The position numbers and the translations under genes were made by a program. A stretch of 61,987 nucleotides of DNA, the filler included, from Sphacelaria rigidula (taxonomy: Eukaryota), in NCBI GenBank assembly GCA_964200075.2. It is 5 parts of 5 records of this genome, joined end to end, with 100 filler letters (N's around TTAATTAATTAA, not from the genome) between each part and the next. Parts side by side here need not be neighbours in the genome. Positions count along the whole stretch, not along the records: positions 12,421 to 24,738 come from CAXNAA020003891.1; positions 24,839 to 37,155 come from CAXNAA020003892.1; 3 more parts are not named here. One strand, written 5' to 3'. Below, in pieces: positions 14,295-26,396 of this stretch. The first letter of the stretch is position 1, and the number at the start of each line of letters is the position of its first letter. The notes beneath the pieces are model-generated. The model did no database searches and was not told the DNA's origin. It was given only the letters and a program-made list of their open reading frames with translations.

Positions 14295-14998
14295 ATGATA
14301 TTGTCACAGCCCAAATGCACACTCTACCAAGGCGCATATCCCAGATGTACAGCCTGCCAATGTATATAACACAGACCGAACTTGACCAAGACACAGAACC
14401 TGGATGAAAGCCCTACCAACGGATGCTATAGATTCGTTTGTGTGCTTAGGAAAGGGGCTTTCTCTAGAACTTCGTTTTTTTTATAGCAGAGCTCGCGGGG
14501 GTTAGCTGCCGCCCGCGAGCAAGGAACCATACATCTTTACACACACACATACATACACACGCGCACACACACGCACACTAAGATCGCGGAATTTCGCCGC
14601 AGTGGCGCGGTAAACAAGCAAGGAGGTGCTGCACAACAAAACGGGAAAATACGCTTGTTTCCCCTGAATATCGGTGTCACGATGGACCTTGTACATCTTT
14701 CATGATGTCACGTGAGGCGTCACCTCCCGCGTAAGTGATACGAAAGGTGCCACGGTATTGGGATTGTACTGTCACGAAGTACCGTGACAGGGCCATTGTA
14801 GTTCCATGATGGTGTCGGTGAAGGAACTGCCATTTCGAACAACAGTGTCAGCCTCTGCACAATTGGAACGATAGACTACAAAAACCCCCGGTAAGTATCC
14901 ACAGCATGACAAGTTTGTTTGCCCTCTTTGGCTTGCTCAAATGTTTGCGCGTCTCGGCTGCAGCGAAAGTTTCCCTACTTGTTGCTGTGGAGCAAGTC

Positions 14999-16073
14999 AT
15001 GTCATCGGAGGAGGAAGATCCGTCGGCTTTGACATCAGTTGACCATATCGTCGCCGGGACTGTGGCATTCATGCAGTTGGTGGCCACTCTTGTGAGCGTG
15101 CATCTCTGGTGGTACAGACGCTGGCCGCCTTATATAATCAAGAATTCCAACCTCGTCATCGTCATGGTAAGCTTGTCTCCATTATTGTTCACCACGTAAA
15201 TAGATATAATGTCTTCTGGCACACACTACGAGAAATGTAATCGTTTGGTTCTATTGCATTCTATGTTCGTGGAAGTATGGGTTGCAGTTCTGGTGGTACT
15301 TTCCAATGGTGTAACGTTTGGCGACACAGTGCAAAATTCTACCGCAACCTGCTGCGGTTCCATCTTTATCGCGGTACGTTTTCACTTTCTTCCCACGTGG
15401 TAGGCACGTTGACGTTTACGGGATATTTCTATGAGCGTAGAGCAATGCCACGGTAGGGGTACAGCTTTTGCGCAAACTCTTGTCTCGTTCAAGGGCTCCT
15501 AACGATTCTAGATGCGCAAAAATATGGACCAGGGCATTTCCGTTCGCAGATTCATTTGGGACATCCGTAGTACATTGAATTAATAAACCCTGTCAAACTC
15601 TTATATATTTCGTAAGACGTGTTTTGGATGAGATAAAGGGCTCCTAACAATTCTAAGCTCAAAAAATATTTGTGCACCCGTACCGTAGCATCACTCTGTA
15701 CCTATTTCGAACATTCTACGTTCTGTTTGTGTATAACACCTCGGGCTGATTCACTGGTCCGAGGGAACCCGAAGCGACAAAGTCCTGAACCGGCGCGGTG
15801 TCTGACTCGCCGTGTCCGAAATAGAAGCGGAATGCACCAGTGCTGTGTATTCTCTCCGAAGCCATCCTGCGACATGTTTGCGCCAGCTCGTGGTCGTTTT
15901 TTTAGTTGCTATGTTCCATGTTTAGTTCAAATGGTATCGCCTCACACGGAGGCATGCTGTTTGCACATTCCTTGGAGCATGCATAGCTATTTGTGTCAAG
16001 GATGTGGTCCATGCTGTCAGGGGCAATGTTCTTCACCGAGTTTGGTGGAAGGGGAGCCCACATCGAGCTTTTG
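14999..16073 (+). CDS. Putative multi-pass membrane protein, N-terminal exons (14999-15166, about 15987-16073); possibly 7TM/GPCR- or 7TM-RGS-like
   Basis: MSSEEEDPS followed by a hydrophobic helix (IVAGTVAFMQLVATLVSVHLWW) and YRRWPPYIIKNSNLVIVM|gtaagc. A phase-0 exon after catag extends a second helix (LFVSRMWSMLSGAMFF). The family call is inference. Confidence 0.4.
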
Positions 16074-17530
16074 GTACAGTATCGCAAGACAGGCATGGAG
16101 CCGCACACCTTCTGCGTGAATGTCAATGGGTTTCAGGGAAGGCTCGGTGTCTCCCGCCGACTACACAATGGTACGGTGCGTTGGCATCCCATCCACGTGA
16201 AAGTATCTGAGTAGCGAGCAGCAGCTGAAGTAAGCCCGGGCTTTGAGATCTTGGTGGAAAGTGCTCATGAGCCTACCTGACTTTCGAGTGCGCAGTTCGA
16301 AGGTTTGTAGAACTTGTACGTGAATGCAGATTTGAGCCTTCGAAAGAAATTAACCAGCTACGTGGCGTACATGTCCGATTTGAAGCATTTCCCTGAAGTC
16401 AGCCCATCTACCGACTGTGAAAACTAAAAGGGGCATTCGAGGTCAAGTCCCAGGCCTTTCGGACAATGAAAACGGTCAGATAGTTTCAAGGTATCGAAAC
16501 GATTCCCTACTTCTGCGCACCCTTATGACATTATTGCTGTACCGGATTACAGCCGTTCGGTAGCGTGTTTCTTGGATGTTTTTTTGTACAAATAACTTAC
16601 ATGCTTGAGTGTAATCTTGCATTCGTTTGTGCGATCTGAGAATATGGCACAGGTTCAATGTCCAGGAGAACCGATACCCGATTATGAGATCAGGAGCCGC
16701 AGTAGGACCCTTTTATTACATGAAAATACCGTAGATCCAGCACAGGGGGGTCGCCGGATCTGACTCCTCGTGCACAGTCCACAAGTCGGTCATGCTAGCG
16801 ACACCGGAGGTTCGTTCAGTGCACGAAGGCAACAAATTTTCCCGAAAATCCGAACAGGCTGAAATGGCATGATGATTTGCACCTCTAGGGGTTCGCTGCC
16901 CTGAAGCGACCTGCAATACGGTAGCCTTTCCCGTGTACTGTCCATGCGAGTTACAAACCACGTCGGAACTTGTTTTTGGGAGAGACGTCGAAACGTATTC
17001 ACGGCCGCTTTCCTTGTCATGGTTTCTAGATGACTGAGAGACAGAGTTTCCACTAAGCCAACCAAGACGCAAATATTCGACGGATGCAAAAAAAAGGTTC
17101 TCGGAGGGTCTGTGTGTTTGAATCAATTCACCACGCTGAGGGTACTTCAACACAATAGCTGGAATTACTTTTGTAACGAGCACCTCTCACAGGGAAGCAC
17201 GTGATTTTCACATAGACGGCAAGGTATTCAACAACACCTATCAGCAACTAGGAATGCCAAGATGTCCATGTTACCTTCATGAGCTGCGGCTTTTGAAAGG
17301 CTGATTCTGATACATCGACTGAAAAGGATAGACCGCTCCCAATGTTTCGAGAAGTAAGAAGAACCCCTGAAAACTCTGTAGGAACTGTGTTTTCGGACAT
17401 CTATCTTGGAGACAAGGGCTTGCAGTATGTGGCACGGACTCGAACAAGCCCTCAGAGGCGCACAGCGTGCTGGTAACTACACTCGAAGCAAAGACACAGA
17501 TTGGTTTTCAAAAATGCGCTAATTGGCCAG

Positions 17531-17616
17531 TACAAATACCATCCGCACGGGTGTGAAGAAAAAGAAGAAAGGGGATGAAGATGGGAAGAAGAGGAGAATG
17601 AAGGAGAATGCCGAAG
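17531..17616 (+). CDS. Possible lysine/glutamate-rich exon
   Basis: cag acceptor, TNTIRTGVKKKKKGDEDGKKRRMKENAE, gtgggc donor; link to the upstream exons not established. Confidence 0.25.
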
Positions 17617-18069
17617 GTGGGCATCGCCAAACGCTGCGCAAAGCACAAAACCCGATCCACCCGGCTCGTTACTCGGTACATTACATAGTTGAGAAGACTC
17701 CCAGCTTGTTCTCATGACAAATATCTGATCAGGATAGCGTTCCACTTACTTTTTATATTCGCAAATACCGGTTCTTGTTACTTTCCTGCCTCGAACGGAA
17801 GATCCGACAATCGTATCGAATTACCATTGGATTTTTTCCATAAAATCAGAATTCCCTATCCCTTTCCACGGATATTCCTACTTGCATGTGGCCATACTCT
17901 CACATCACTTGTGTTTCCCATTTCGCTGAATTGTTCCGCAATTCTGCTATTTGTGAAAACTGTCCCTAGAACTTTACAGGGACCATACAAGGCTGCATCG
18001 AACCGTTTATCCAGGTTATACTGTACGTTACTGATACGTACTCATGGTGATATTCAGCTACTGTCTGCG

Positions 18070-21000
18070 TATTGATCGATAACTGGCCATGACTGTCCTC
18101 ACTGTTTTCCGCTATGGCCAGCACAACTCTTCATTCATTGCAATACTGCTTTGTACTATGTACTCTTGACGCGACTACACTCGTAGTGGATGACTGAATG
18201 ATTCAACATACCCCCTTGTGTGAGGCTCATTGTTGGCTGTCATCCAAATGCAAGATAATCAGTAGGCTTCGGGCCGAACAATCTTAGCGGGATGCAGCTN
18301 NNNNNNNNNATTGTAAGGATGCGAGGTCAATGGTCTCATGACTATGGCATGCATGATCGTGAGTACACCCCCCCCCTTGTGTGAGGCAAAACGGAAAACC
18401 CTACAGCTACAAGTATCGTCCTCAAAGCGTAGTTTCAGGTGTCGTCCACAGAATATCACGTACCCTTGGGAGGAAAAACTTCTGCTACCTTTGATGTTTA
18501 AACTTGGAGGTGATGCTGGTGTCTGTTGCTGTTCATGAAAATACTGCCCCAGTAGAGTAGTAAAAGACGGCGAGGGGGTGCTGTCTGCTGTTGAAGTATG
18601 GCTCAAGGATAGTGGTAGTGGGCGATGAAGATGGTGCTGTCGCTGTTGCTGCTGTGGTCTCCAAAAGATTACTGCCGTGTGGAGAGGTCGGTCCGCGTGC
18701 CCCCCTTGCTCAGTGCGAGGAGCGAGTTCTTCGCTGCGACATGGAGTGCTGGAGGATTGTCGCACCACATCTCCGGAGGTCGAAGATTCGTGAATCCGAT
18801 TTCGGGGAGAAGCCTGCTCAGGTAAACTGTTTCACGACTTGCAAACGATAGTGCAGCCAGTTCCGCCTCCTTAGTTGAGGGTGCTTCCGTCTCCTGCAGA
18901 GAAGATGGGAAGCTGATCGGTGCTCCAGCTAGAAAAAAAATGCCCCCCAAGGATAAGCACCCCCTCTCAAAATCCGCTGCGTGATTTGCATCACAGAATC
19001 CGTGGAGGTTAAAGTTTCCTGTGTTGTACTGGAGTTCGACCGTTGTTTGACCCGCAAGTAGCGGAGTACTCTTTTGACTGCTTCGATATGTACACTCGCT
19101 GACTTAGACATAAATCTCGCCAAGCGTTGCACGGTGTACGCGATGTCATATCTCGTACACTGCACAAGATTTATGAGGAAGCCAAAAATTTATCGATACC
19201 GTGTTGTCCCGCCTTCATGTAAGTGCGTTGTTCTGATGGGTTGACGAGGAAGCTATTCTCCTACTCACAGTGGATCCTGGAAAATGGGGCTGACATCTAA
19301 ATGAGGTTCAAGTGGCATACTTTTCCTGCAGGGATGACACGAAACAGTCACACAAAGCGATACCATCTTTCCCCTCAAAAGCCTGCAGCAGTGGAGCAGT
19401 TGTCGCTAGGTGCACCGAACGAATGTGGTGTACACGCGTGTCAATCAATATATCACCGGAGTGAGAAGCAACGGCAGAGAGGAAGCTCCTCGCCCGCGTC
19501 CTTTGTGTGCCCTCGCTCGGCGATTACCATTCGCTCGAGAGACTGGCATCATGCATGTTACCAGCATGTACCGAATTTCTCATGTGCCGGTAGGCATACG
19601 ATTATATTGCTGCACACAGCCCCCCCAAAAACATCGAGGTGCGGAGGGATGTCTCTCCTTGTCTGTGGAGCTCACCAATGCGAAGATCGATTTCTCTCTG
19701 CCTCTCTTTCTGGACAGGACGCGCCTCTGTGCGCTGAAAAGCATGTCGTTGAAACACAGGGCAAAGTTCCCGTCACCGCTACTGTTCTGTCACACACATA
19801 TCAGCAAGGACGGTGCTGCTGCGGCTACAACAGATCCAATTTGAACTCCGGGGGTGTTATTCATCGTTGATTATACCCGAAATGTGACCCTGTGGGTGCC
19901 CGACCACAGGAGCGTGCGCCACGCCAGTTGGGGGGGTGTATGAGAGATCAAACACTTGTGGAGACCTTCTTCACATGCGGAGCGAAAAAAGATACCTATG
20001 GTGGCGACCTAACTGTTGCTAGCGTGGTGCAGAGGGATTCGCCCATGCTGAAATCTGGAGCACACACTAGCTGCGTGAACAACTCGGTCCAGTAGCTTTC
20101 CAGATCTAATTCCAATGTGAGGAGGTCACGCATTACAACCTGGGGCGAGATCTGATCCCACGAGGAACAAGAGTGCTCTATGATCAACCACTTGTCGTTG
20201 CATCTGACACCCACGCCATCAACCGCCGACAGCAAAGGTCTTGTGGCTTTCAAACAACGCTGGCGGCAGTACGGCAGGCGCACCCGATCATAGCTAGCTT
20301 TCGTTACTCTACTGTACTGACTGCCGTCTCCACGGAAATCGCCCACCGTAACAACACGCACCGAATTTCGCAACAGCTGTAAAAGCATAATAGTTCGACT
20401 TGTTAAACTATGTCCACATGATTTTGAGGACTCTTGTTACCTGAGAGGAAGTGGCCGCTTTGGGTCCAGCGGAACGTGCGAAGATACTGTCGAACAGCTA
20501 TACCAACCTTTGCTGGCATTGACATACGGAAATCAGTACAGAACTGAACATAAATTGACAGTTTGACGTCCTTTTTAGAAAGCAATGCGCATGAAGCGAT
20601 TTTCAGGTGGAAAAACGCGGATTTTCATAGAGGAGAAAATCTCTGTTCCCCCGTCAGTATTACATGCACTTGCAACAACTCTGTCGTCGTTCTTCAATAC
20701 CTGACGGGGGGACGGGGAAGTCACCCTCCCTCAGCCCACAAGAGTCCTTTCAATCATGTGGACGTAGTTGAGAAAATCCAAGTGTTTTGTTTTTACAGCT
20801 GTTGCGAAGTTCGGTGCATGCATGCATGCATTCTGGAGAGGAGTTGTCTTCCGGCCGCTTTAATCTGCATTGGAGTTAATGGAGCTCGGTAATGGTGCAT
20901 AACGCTCTTGACATTTGGGAGGAGATTGCTGTCGACGAAGTGCTGTGAAGCTCCACTATCATTCATGGAGTAATTTGGCGTTTCTGGTAGCGAGGAAGAA

Positions 21001-22560
21001 AAACCCCTGATTTCCTGCAGCTAGCGGGGCAAATCCGACAAAAGGGGTCGTAGCTGTTTCAGGTGTGGTCGATTGATTTGAAGTAGTCTCGGTTGTAGTC
21101 GTGGCCATGGAAGATTCAGTAGTCATGTTGTCTGCAGTGGTTGCACCTGTAGTTGAAGTTACCGTCGTTGTACCGTTCTGTTGTTGCCGATCCTGATTCC
21201 TGTCTCGCATTCTCTGGGCTCTACATTCGGAGTCATTGTGCTTGTGCGTGTTATGCACTGAACACCATTTAACATACAATTCTATAAAATGAGGTCGTAG
21301 GATGAAATGAGGTTCAACCCCGAAAATAGTGCTTTCCCCACACTTTCAGCGGTGGTGCTTCATGACCTTTTGTCGGCCTAATGCCCCTCGATTGCGTAAA
21401 TACTTCTTTAGCGCATTTTACCGACTCTATGGACAGCGCTGACCGAAACCGTCATTTCCCCTGATTTTTCAGGTGATAGCGGGGGAAACGGCGGTCTCGG
21501 TTAGCGCTGTAAGCTCACAGAGTCGGTAAGATGCGCTGAAGACGTATCTACGCGATCGAGGGGCATTAGGCCGACAAGAAAGTCATCGGACACCATCGCT
21601 GAAAGTGTGGAGGAAGTACTGTATTGGGCTTGAACCTCATTTCATCGTGCAACCTCATTTTATAGAATTCTGTTAGTTCCTCCGCTGGTAAGCTGAGTTG
21701 TGCTGCCCGCCTGATTGGACTCGTAGGCATGCCTTGTACTTGTAGCAGTCTCGCCTGAAGTGGTTCGGCTTTCCGCATTCGGGGCATCTGGGGTTGCTGC
21801 TATCAGCAGTGAGCATTGCTGATGGTCGCGCGGTTGTACTAACGCCGGAATGTTGCCGAAGTGTATTACGATTCCGATGGCTTGCGCCAATTGTCATGAT
21901 GATGGTGTAGAGCTTATAGATTGACTGAGATCTCAAAGTATGAGTGCCAGGAGATACCATTGGATCCAGTTAAACCAAGCTCTCCACGTGGGCACACCAT
22001 ACGACCTTATAGCTTATCCATCATGGACACAACACAGTAAGTCCTCATGTATACTGCTGGTTGGAGACTCACATGTTGATAGCATCATGATACATCTACA
22101 AGCAGCTCTCTAACTCAGTACAGCCGGGGCGCAGCCATAGGAGTAGAGCGTAGTGATGGTGCCAGAGTAGCAGAAGCAATTAGGTCAGCGACCAAGGCAA
22201 AGCCAGCAAGTGATCGAAGGTGGGCGGAGTGGCATCTGACCAGGCCGGAACCCAAATACTGACAATAACAAACATGGTAACAATGCGTCACGGAACCCAG
22301 GGTCTACGAGCAGATCCGCAAATCGTGACGTCTTGCAACGCCACTGAGCTCCATCACATACCATGCGTTCATTGCTCTAAACTGGAAACTACCGTAAGAG
22401 GTTGCATAAGATACCACACCCTCAGGAGCGATTTTCAAAGCTTGATTACTGTACTCCGCAACGAAGAGTGTGTCAACATCAAACGACACATTTTGAAAAG
22501 CTCTCGACGAGATGGTTGTAACGCTACCCAGTTCAGCCCCGGCATTGTTCCGTGTGAGAA
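18070..22560 (-). mobile_element. Decayed, internally deleted Ty1/Copia retrotransposon (boundaries approximate)
   Basis: Gag CCHC knuckle CPECGKPNHFRRDC (about 21750-21790), KWCSVHNTHKHNDSEC, RT/RNase H motifs TRYDIAYTVQRLARFM, AVKRVLRYL, STKEAELAAL, WCDN. PPT-like aaggggg followed by TGTTGA at 18208 marks a likely 3' LTR start. Confidence 0.8.
21282..21665. mobile_element. Fold-back MITE (384 bp) inserted in Copia gag, AATT target duplication
   Basis: Termini CTATAAAATGAGG...CCTCATTTTATAG, imperfect inverted arms of about 180 bp, AATT at 21278-21281 and 21666-21669; same terminus recurs at 24596. Confidence 0.88.
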
Positions 22561-22669
22561 GTTAATGAGCTTCGAAAATCAGTCTAGGGGATGTGGTATC
22601 TTGCAACCCAGGATAATAGTAAGTGAGGGCACCCGTGTACCGCTTGGTCTTGTACACTGCGGCCATACC

Positions 22670-22817
22670 AAAACAGTCGTATCGTATCGAATATCGATAC
22701 TCGATAAGTATCGTGTCATTTTCGGAACATCGACAAAAATATCGATACCGCCGGTTGTGGGTCGATATTCTGGAAATATCGTATCGAACTTTATTCTTGG
22801 TCCGATATGCAACCCTG
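22670..22817. repeat. MITE-like fragment with repeated TATCGA/GATATC motifs
   Basis: Multiple atcgata/tatcga motifs, ending in caaccctg (hAT-like end). Confidence 0.45.
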
Positions 22818-22849
22818 ATTATTGTACGATTGCAGCTTGTTCGGCACCG

Positions 22850-23450
22850 CGCAGCACAACCGACTGTAACCGCGAATCCAATTTCAGCCCTTTTCTTTTG
22901 GTTTATTCCGCTGCACATGGTATCCTCAACTCTCTACACTTTCGCACTTGACTTTTTTTTTGTCGCACTTTGAACCCTTCCCCTTCCTCGGGATGAGTCC
23001 GTGGTCTCAAGGGATCAACCCATCTCTCACCTCCGTTCACGCCTTGCATGTTGGTCTCACGGATTGGGTCATGACTATTAGCACTCCCGCACCGCGTCAA
23101 CTCACGTCGAACAAACTCAGTCGACTACTTTTGTTTCTCACGTTCTCACGCTTTCCACGGTGGAAATCAGACATTACGAAGAAAAAAACCAACGCATCGG
23201 GAATCGAACCCTCGTTCTCTCCACCCTCATGGCGACAGTCGGACCATTACACCACCGGGGTGCGGCGGTATTTCCCTACAGTTTCGTATTTCGTTTGGTG
23301 AGACCTTGTCGGATCGCAGTGCTACATTGGTCTGAAGACGCGCGCTGATTTGCCGATTACCACGATGTGTCACAGTAGGGAAAACTCGCGATACATCGTC
23401 ATTTAGAACGGGCCGAGGGAAAGTGGGCTTCTTAGGCGGCTCAGCCTGTA
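22850..23450 (-). mobile_element. Tc1/mariner-type non-autonomous repeat end, interrupted by a SINE
   Basis: Aligns by eye with the uninterrupted copy at about 40490-40775. The terminus reads TA-CAGGCTGAGCCGCCTAAG on the minus strand. Confidence 0.7.
22953..23275 (-). mobile_element. tRNA-derived SINE with poly(A) tail
   Basis: Pol III A box TGGTGTAATGG (23254-23244), B box GGTTCGATTCC (23210-23200), A9 tail. Absent from the homologous host repeat at about 40600. Its 3' about 80 nt recur at 40861-40940. Confidence 0.8.
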
Positions 23451-23519
23451 CAAAAGAAATGAAAAACAAATAAAACAAAATAAAATCCTAAAAAAACAAA
23501 AAAGGAGGAAGGATTGGTA

Positions 23520-24290
23520 TTCACAACTTAATAAAGTAATGGAAAAAGGTAAGGCACAGATAGGCCGGATAGACGTGATCCTCAGAGACACGCACCTAGA
23601 CATGAGGATGAAGACATTTATCCGGATGAACGTGATTGTACCAAAGCTGGGATATTCAGGAGAAGCATGGGAGGGGAACGTGAATTTTGTAGAGAAGTTG
23701 GAGACAGTACAGATGGCCGCGGCTAAGAAAATACTTGGATGCTCGAAAACGACGAGTCATACAGCATTGAGAGCAGAGTTGGGAATACTCACTTCAACCA
23801 GAGACATGAGAAAACTGCGATGGCAGTATAGCTTAATGGGCATGCAGAGAAATATATTGCCAGTTATAGTTGATAAGGCTGTGTGGAAGAAAATTACGCA
23901 AGGACGGGTTGGAATAAAGTGGAACAAATAAGTCGAGAAAGTATGGAAGGAGATAGGAGGAAATCAAGACGAAATACTGTCTACAGGTGAAGGCGCGGGA
24001 TACAAGACAAAACTAAGGTACATCATTGAAATAAGGGGAAAATGAGCGCTCAGACGCAAGGTAGAGGAGGAAGAACACCTAAAGATATACGGGGACTGAA
24101 AGAGGGAACTGGGATGCAAAGGTATTTGCATGGCCCAATGGGCGCGGCGATAAAAATGAAACTGCGATTTCGGGTGGGGGACCTGGACCTGCCAGAAAGA
24201 AGAAAGGCATATACCAGTAGTCGAGAGGAGGAAGTAGATGCGCAAAATTGCCCCTGTGGCAAAGCAATAGAGAGAAGAACTCCGCGTGAA
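23520..24290 (+). mobile_element. LINE ORF2 C-terminal fragment (post-RT thumb and Cys motif)
   Basis: IVPKLGYSGEAW, KLETVQMAAAKKILGCS..TALRAELG, MKLRFRVG, CPCG..E; stops and frameshifts. Confidence 0.8.
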
Positions 24291-24344
24291 CCGTAGGAAA
24301 GCTACCGTATCGTGTGTACCCCCGGTATTTACCGGGGTATCTCA

Positions 24345-24544
24345 TACCGTGGTATGCGTGGGTACCGTAGGTATGAGTTTTTGAAATGCCTGATTGAGCG
24401 GGTACGGTAGGTATCGAAATCTCAAAATACCGTGGTATCGTAGGCATCGGAGGTACAGTATGAGTTTTGAAAATGCCTTATTGAGCGGGTACGGTAGGTA
24501 CTGAAATCTCGAAATATGGTGGTATCGTGGGTATCGTAGGTATG
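24345..24544 (+). repeat. About 90-bp tandem duplication (GGTA/TACC-rich, MITE-like)
   Basis: Two copies of gtatgagttttt/gaaatgcct.attgagcgggtacggtaggta..gaaatctc. Confidence 0.7.
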
Positions 24545-24738
24545 TGTTTGTGAGACAGGTGCTAGAACGAGGGAATATACATATATTAGGAGATTCTATA
24601 AAATGAGGTTGATCAATGAAATGAGGTTTGAGGAGGCTAGCAAGTATGCGACGAAAACCCGAGGGAAGTCCCGTCCGCAAGTGCCTTCGATCATTTTCGG
24701 GGGGGGGGCGTACTCATTTGTTGCTTGCCCTAGTCGTT

Positions 24739-24838
24739 NNNNNNNNNNNNNNNNNNNNNNNNNNNNNNNNNNNNNNNNNNNNTTAATTAATTAANNNNNN
24801 NNNNNNNNNNNNNNNNNNNNNNNNNNNNNNNNNNNNNN
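24739..24838. other. Artificial contig linker
   Basis: 44 N + TTAATTAATTAA + 44 N. Confidence 0.98.
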
Positions 24839-26045
24839 ATCAGGAGTACGAACGGTGCTCCGTCCCGAAAGAGATGCGTGGTCAATGGGCGAACGACTAA
24901 GGCAAGTAACAAATGAGTACGCCCCCCCCCCCCCTATCGTAGCATGACACACCTTTCGCGGCCTACTCACCATCATACCCCCCCCTTCACCCTGTGTTGA
25001 CGATTCGACGACTCAGGCCGCTGCTGCTTGTGGTGGCTTGGAGTGGCAGGCACCTACACATCGCTCTCGATACTTTGGTCCTTTATGGGGTGCTAGGCGA
25101 ATCTTCGAGGGGCATGGATGAAAGGGTATCCGACCGATTGTCGGAAGTAACGGCGATTGCTGATGAAGATTCAAATGCGCGTTCTGCTTCGCATCGGTCG
25201 AAAATCTAGAGTCATATAGCTGTTACAGAACTTTACCTGGCTTTCTGGCCAAGCATGCCAGGGAATTCCGAGGGAGCGTATTGGATAGTGACACCGGGTT
25301 CAGAGGGAACGGACGACACGCCGACATTCGGATGACGCTGCTCTGCACGTTTTATTGTGACAATGCAGTATTCGGGTTAGCTAAGTACGGTTGTTTGTAC
25401 AGTCGGGTAGGCCCTCAGTATTTTGATCAGTAACTTGAGATCGGGTTTTCAATGTGATACAGTAGGGTACGTTACATGGTTAGATGGAGACGGATATTGG
25501 ATCGGCGCTTCCCGACGGAATTCTGAGATGTCGCTGTGCAGATCTAAAGAGTGGACCGTGCTGAATTTCAGGCATGCAAGCAGCATATATGTGGGCATGT
25601 TTCTCATGCAATTCGGTATCACCCTAACTAACGTAGTAATCTTGGATTGAATGGCTGCAGAGAGCACGGTGGCAGGCACAACCCCAACCATGACTTGTGC
25701 ATCGAACATCAGCTTGGTATCTCGGTCAGTAGCTTGACCACCGTCGCACAGTTTCCTGCCAGCTCATGAACGAAATAGATTCGGGGACACGGCTCAAACC
25801 ATGTTCTGCAACTAAGTACCAAACCCGCGCGCCAGGGAGTAAAGCCGTTGCTCTCCTGGTGTATCTTCCGCTTATTCACCCTTCAGCAACCAATGTGCAA
25901 ACAAGCTCACACATGATATACGGCATTCTGATAGTGTTGTCTATGTTCCGGCGGATAAGATGCCGACCCCGTGTTCTCGATCGAAACGTAGCGACAAGGA
26001 AGAAACAATTCAAATTCCAATTTCACGAAGTGACGTTGGTTTCTG

Positions 26046-26396
26046 TAATTGAATATCGCCGAGCTGAACACTAGTACATGTGTACGTGGATTGATTCGGG
26101 TACATGGGGTGCAGATTGATGACATGTCATGGGTGCCGGATTTCGTCTACGGCAACGGATTGTGTTATGGCTGGATGTATGACATATGAGGGAACCCAGC
26201 ATGCGGTCCTAACGTCCATTCTCAGTTCTAGTTTTGGTGCATTTCAGTCTTTGCGTTTGGGTAAAGAAGAGCAGCTCGGTGGGAGCGGGCACGGTTAATG
26301 TTTGGTGAGTGAAGGTTATAAGGGTTGAATACAAGAAGGTATACACATTCCCCTGTCCAGAGTGCATCCTCTACGGGACAGTCCCTTCATCAATTA
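26046..26396 (+). repeat. Copia 5' LTR
   Basis: Direct repeat of 34213-34537 with an extra segment of about 26-28 nt; ends TAATTGA...TCAATTA. Confidence 0.88.

Noticed and set aside
18310-18378. Segment shared with Copia gag at about 28424-28471, next to a duplicated cccccttgtgtgaggc motif
   Set aside because: It abuts an N gap and a poly-C run, so local misassembly is the simplest explanation.
23195-23265. Functional tRNA gene
   Set aside because: A and B boxes are present but there is no convincing acceptor or anticodon stem; it is the SINE head.
24689-24933. Inverted repeat flanking the gap, suggesting one MITE spanning the linker
   Set aside because: The two sides are separate contigs. 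The same repeat occurs at about 45470-45560, so it is a high-copy element that breaks contigs.
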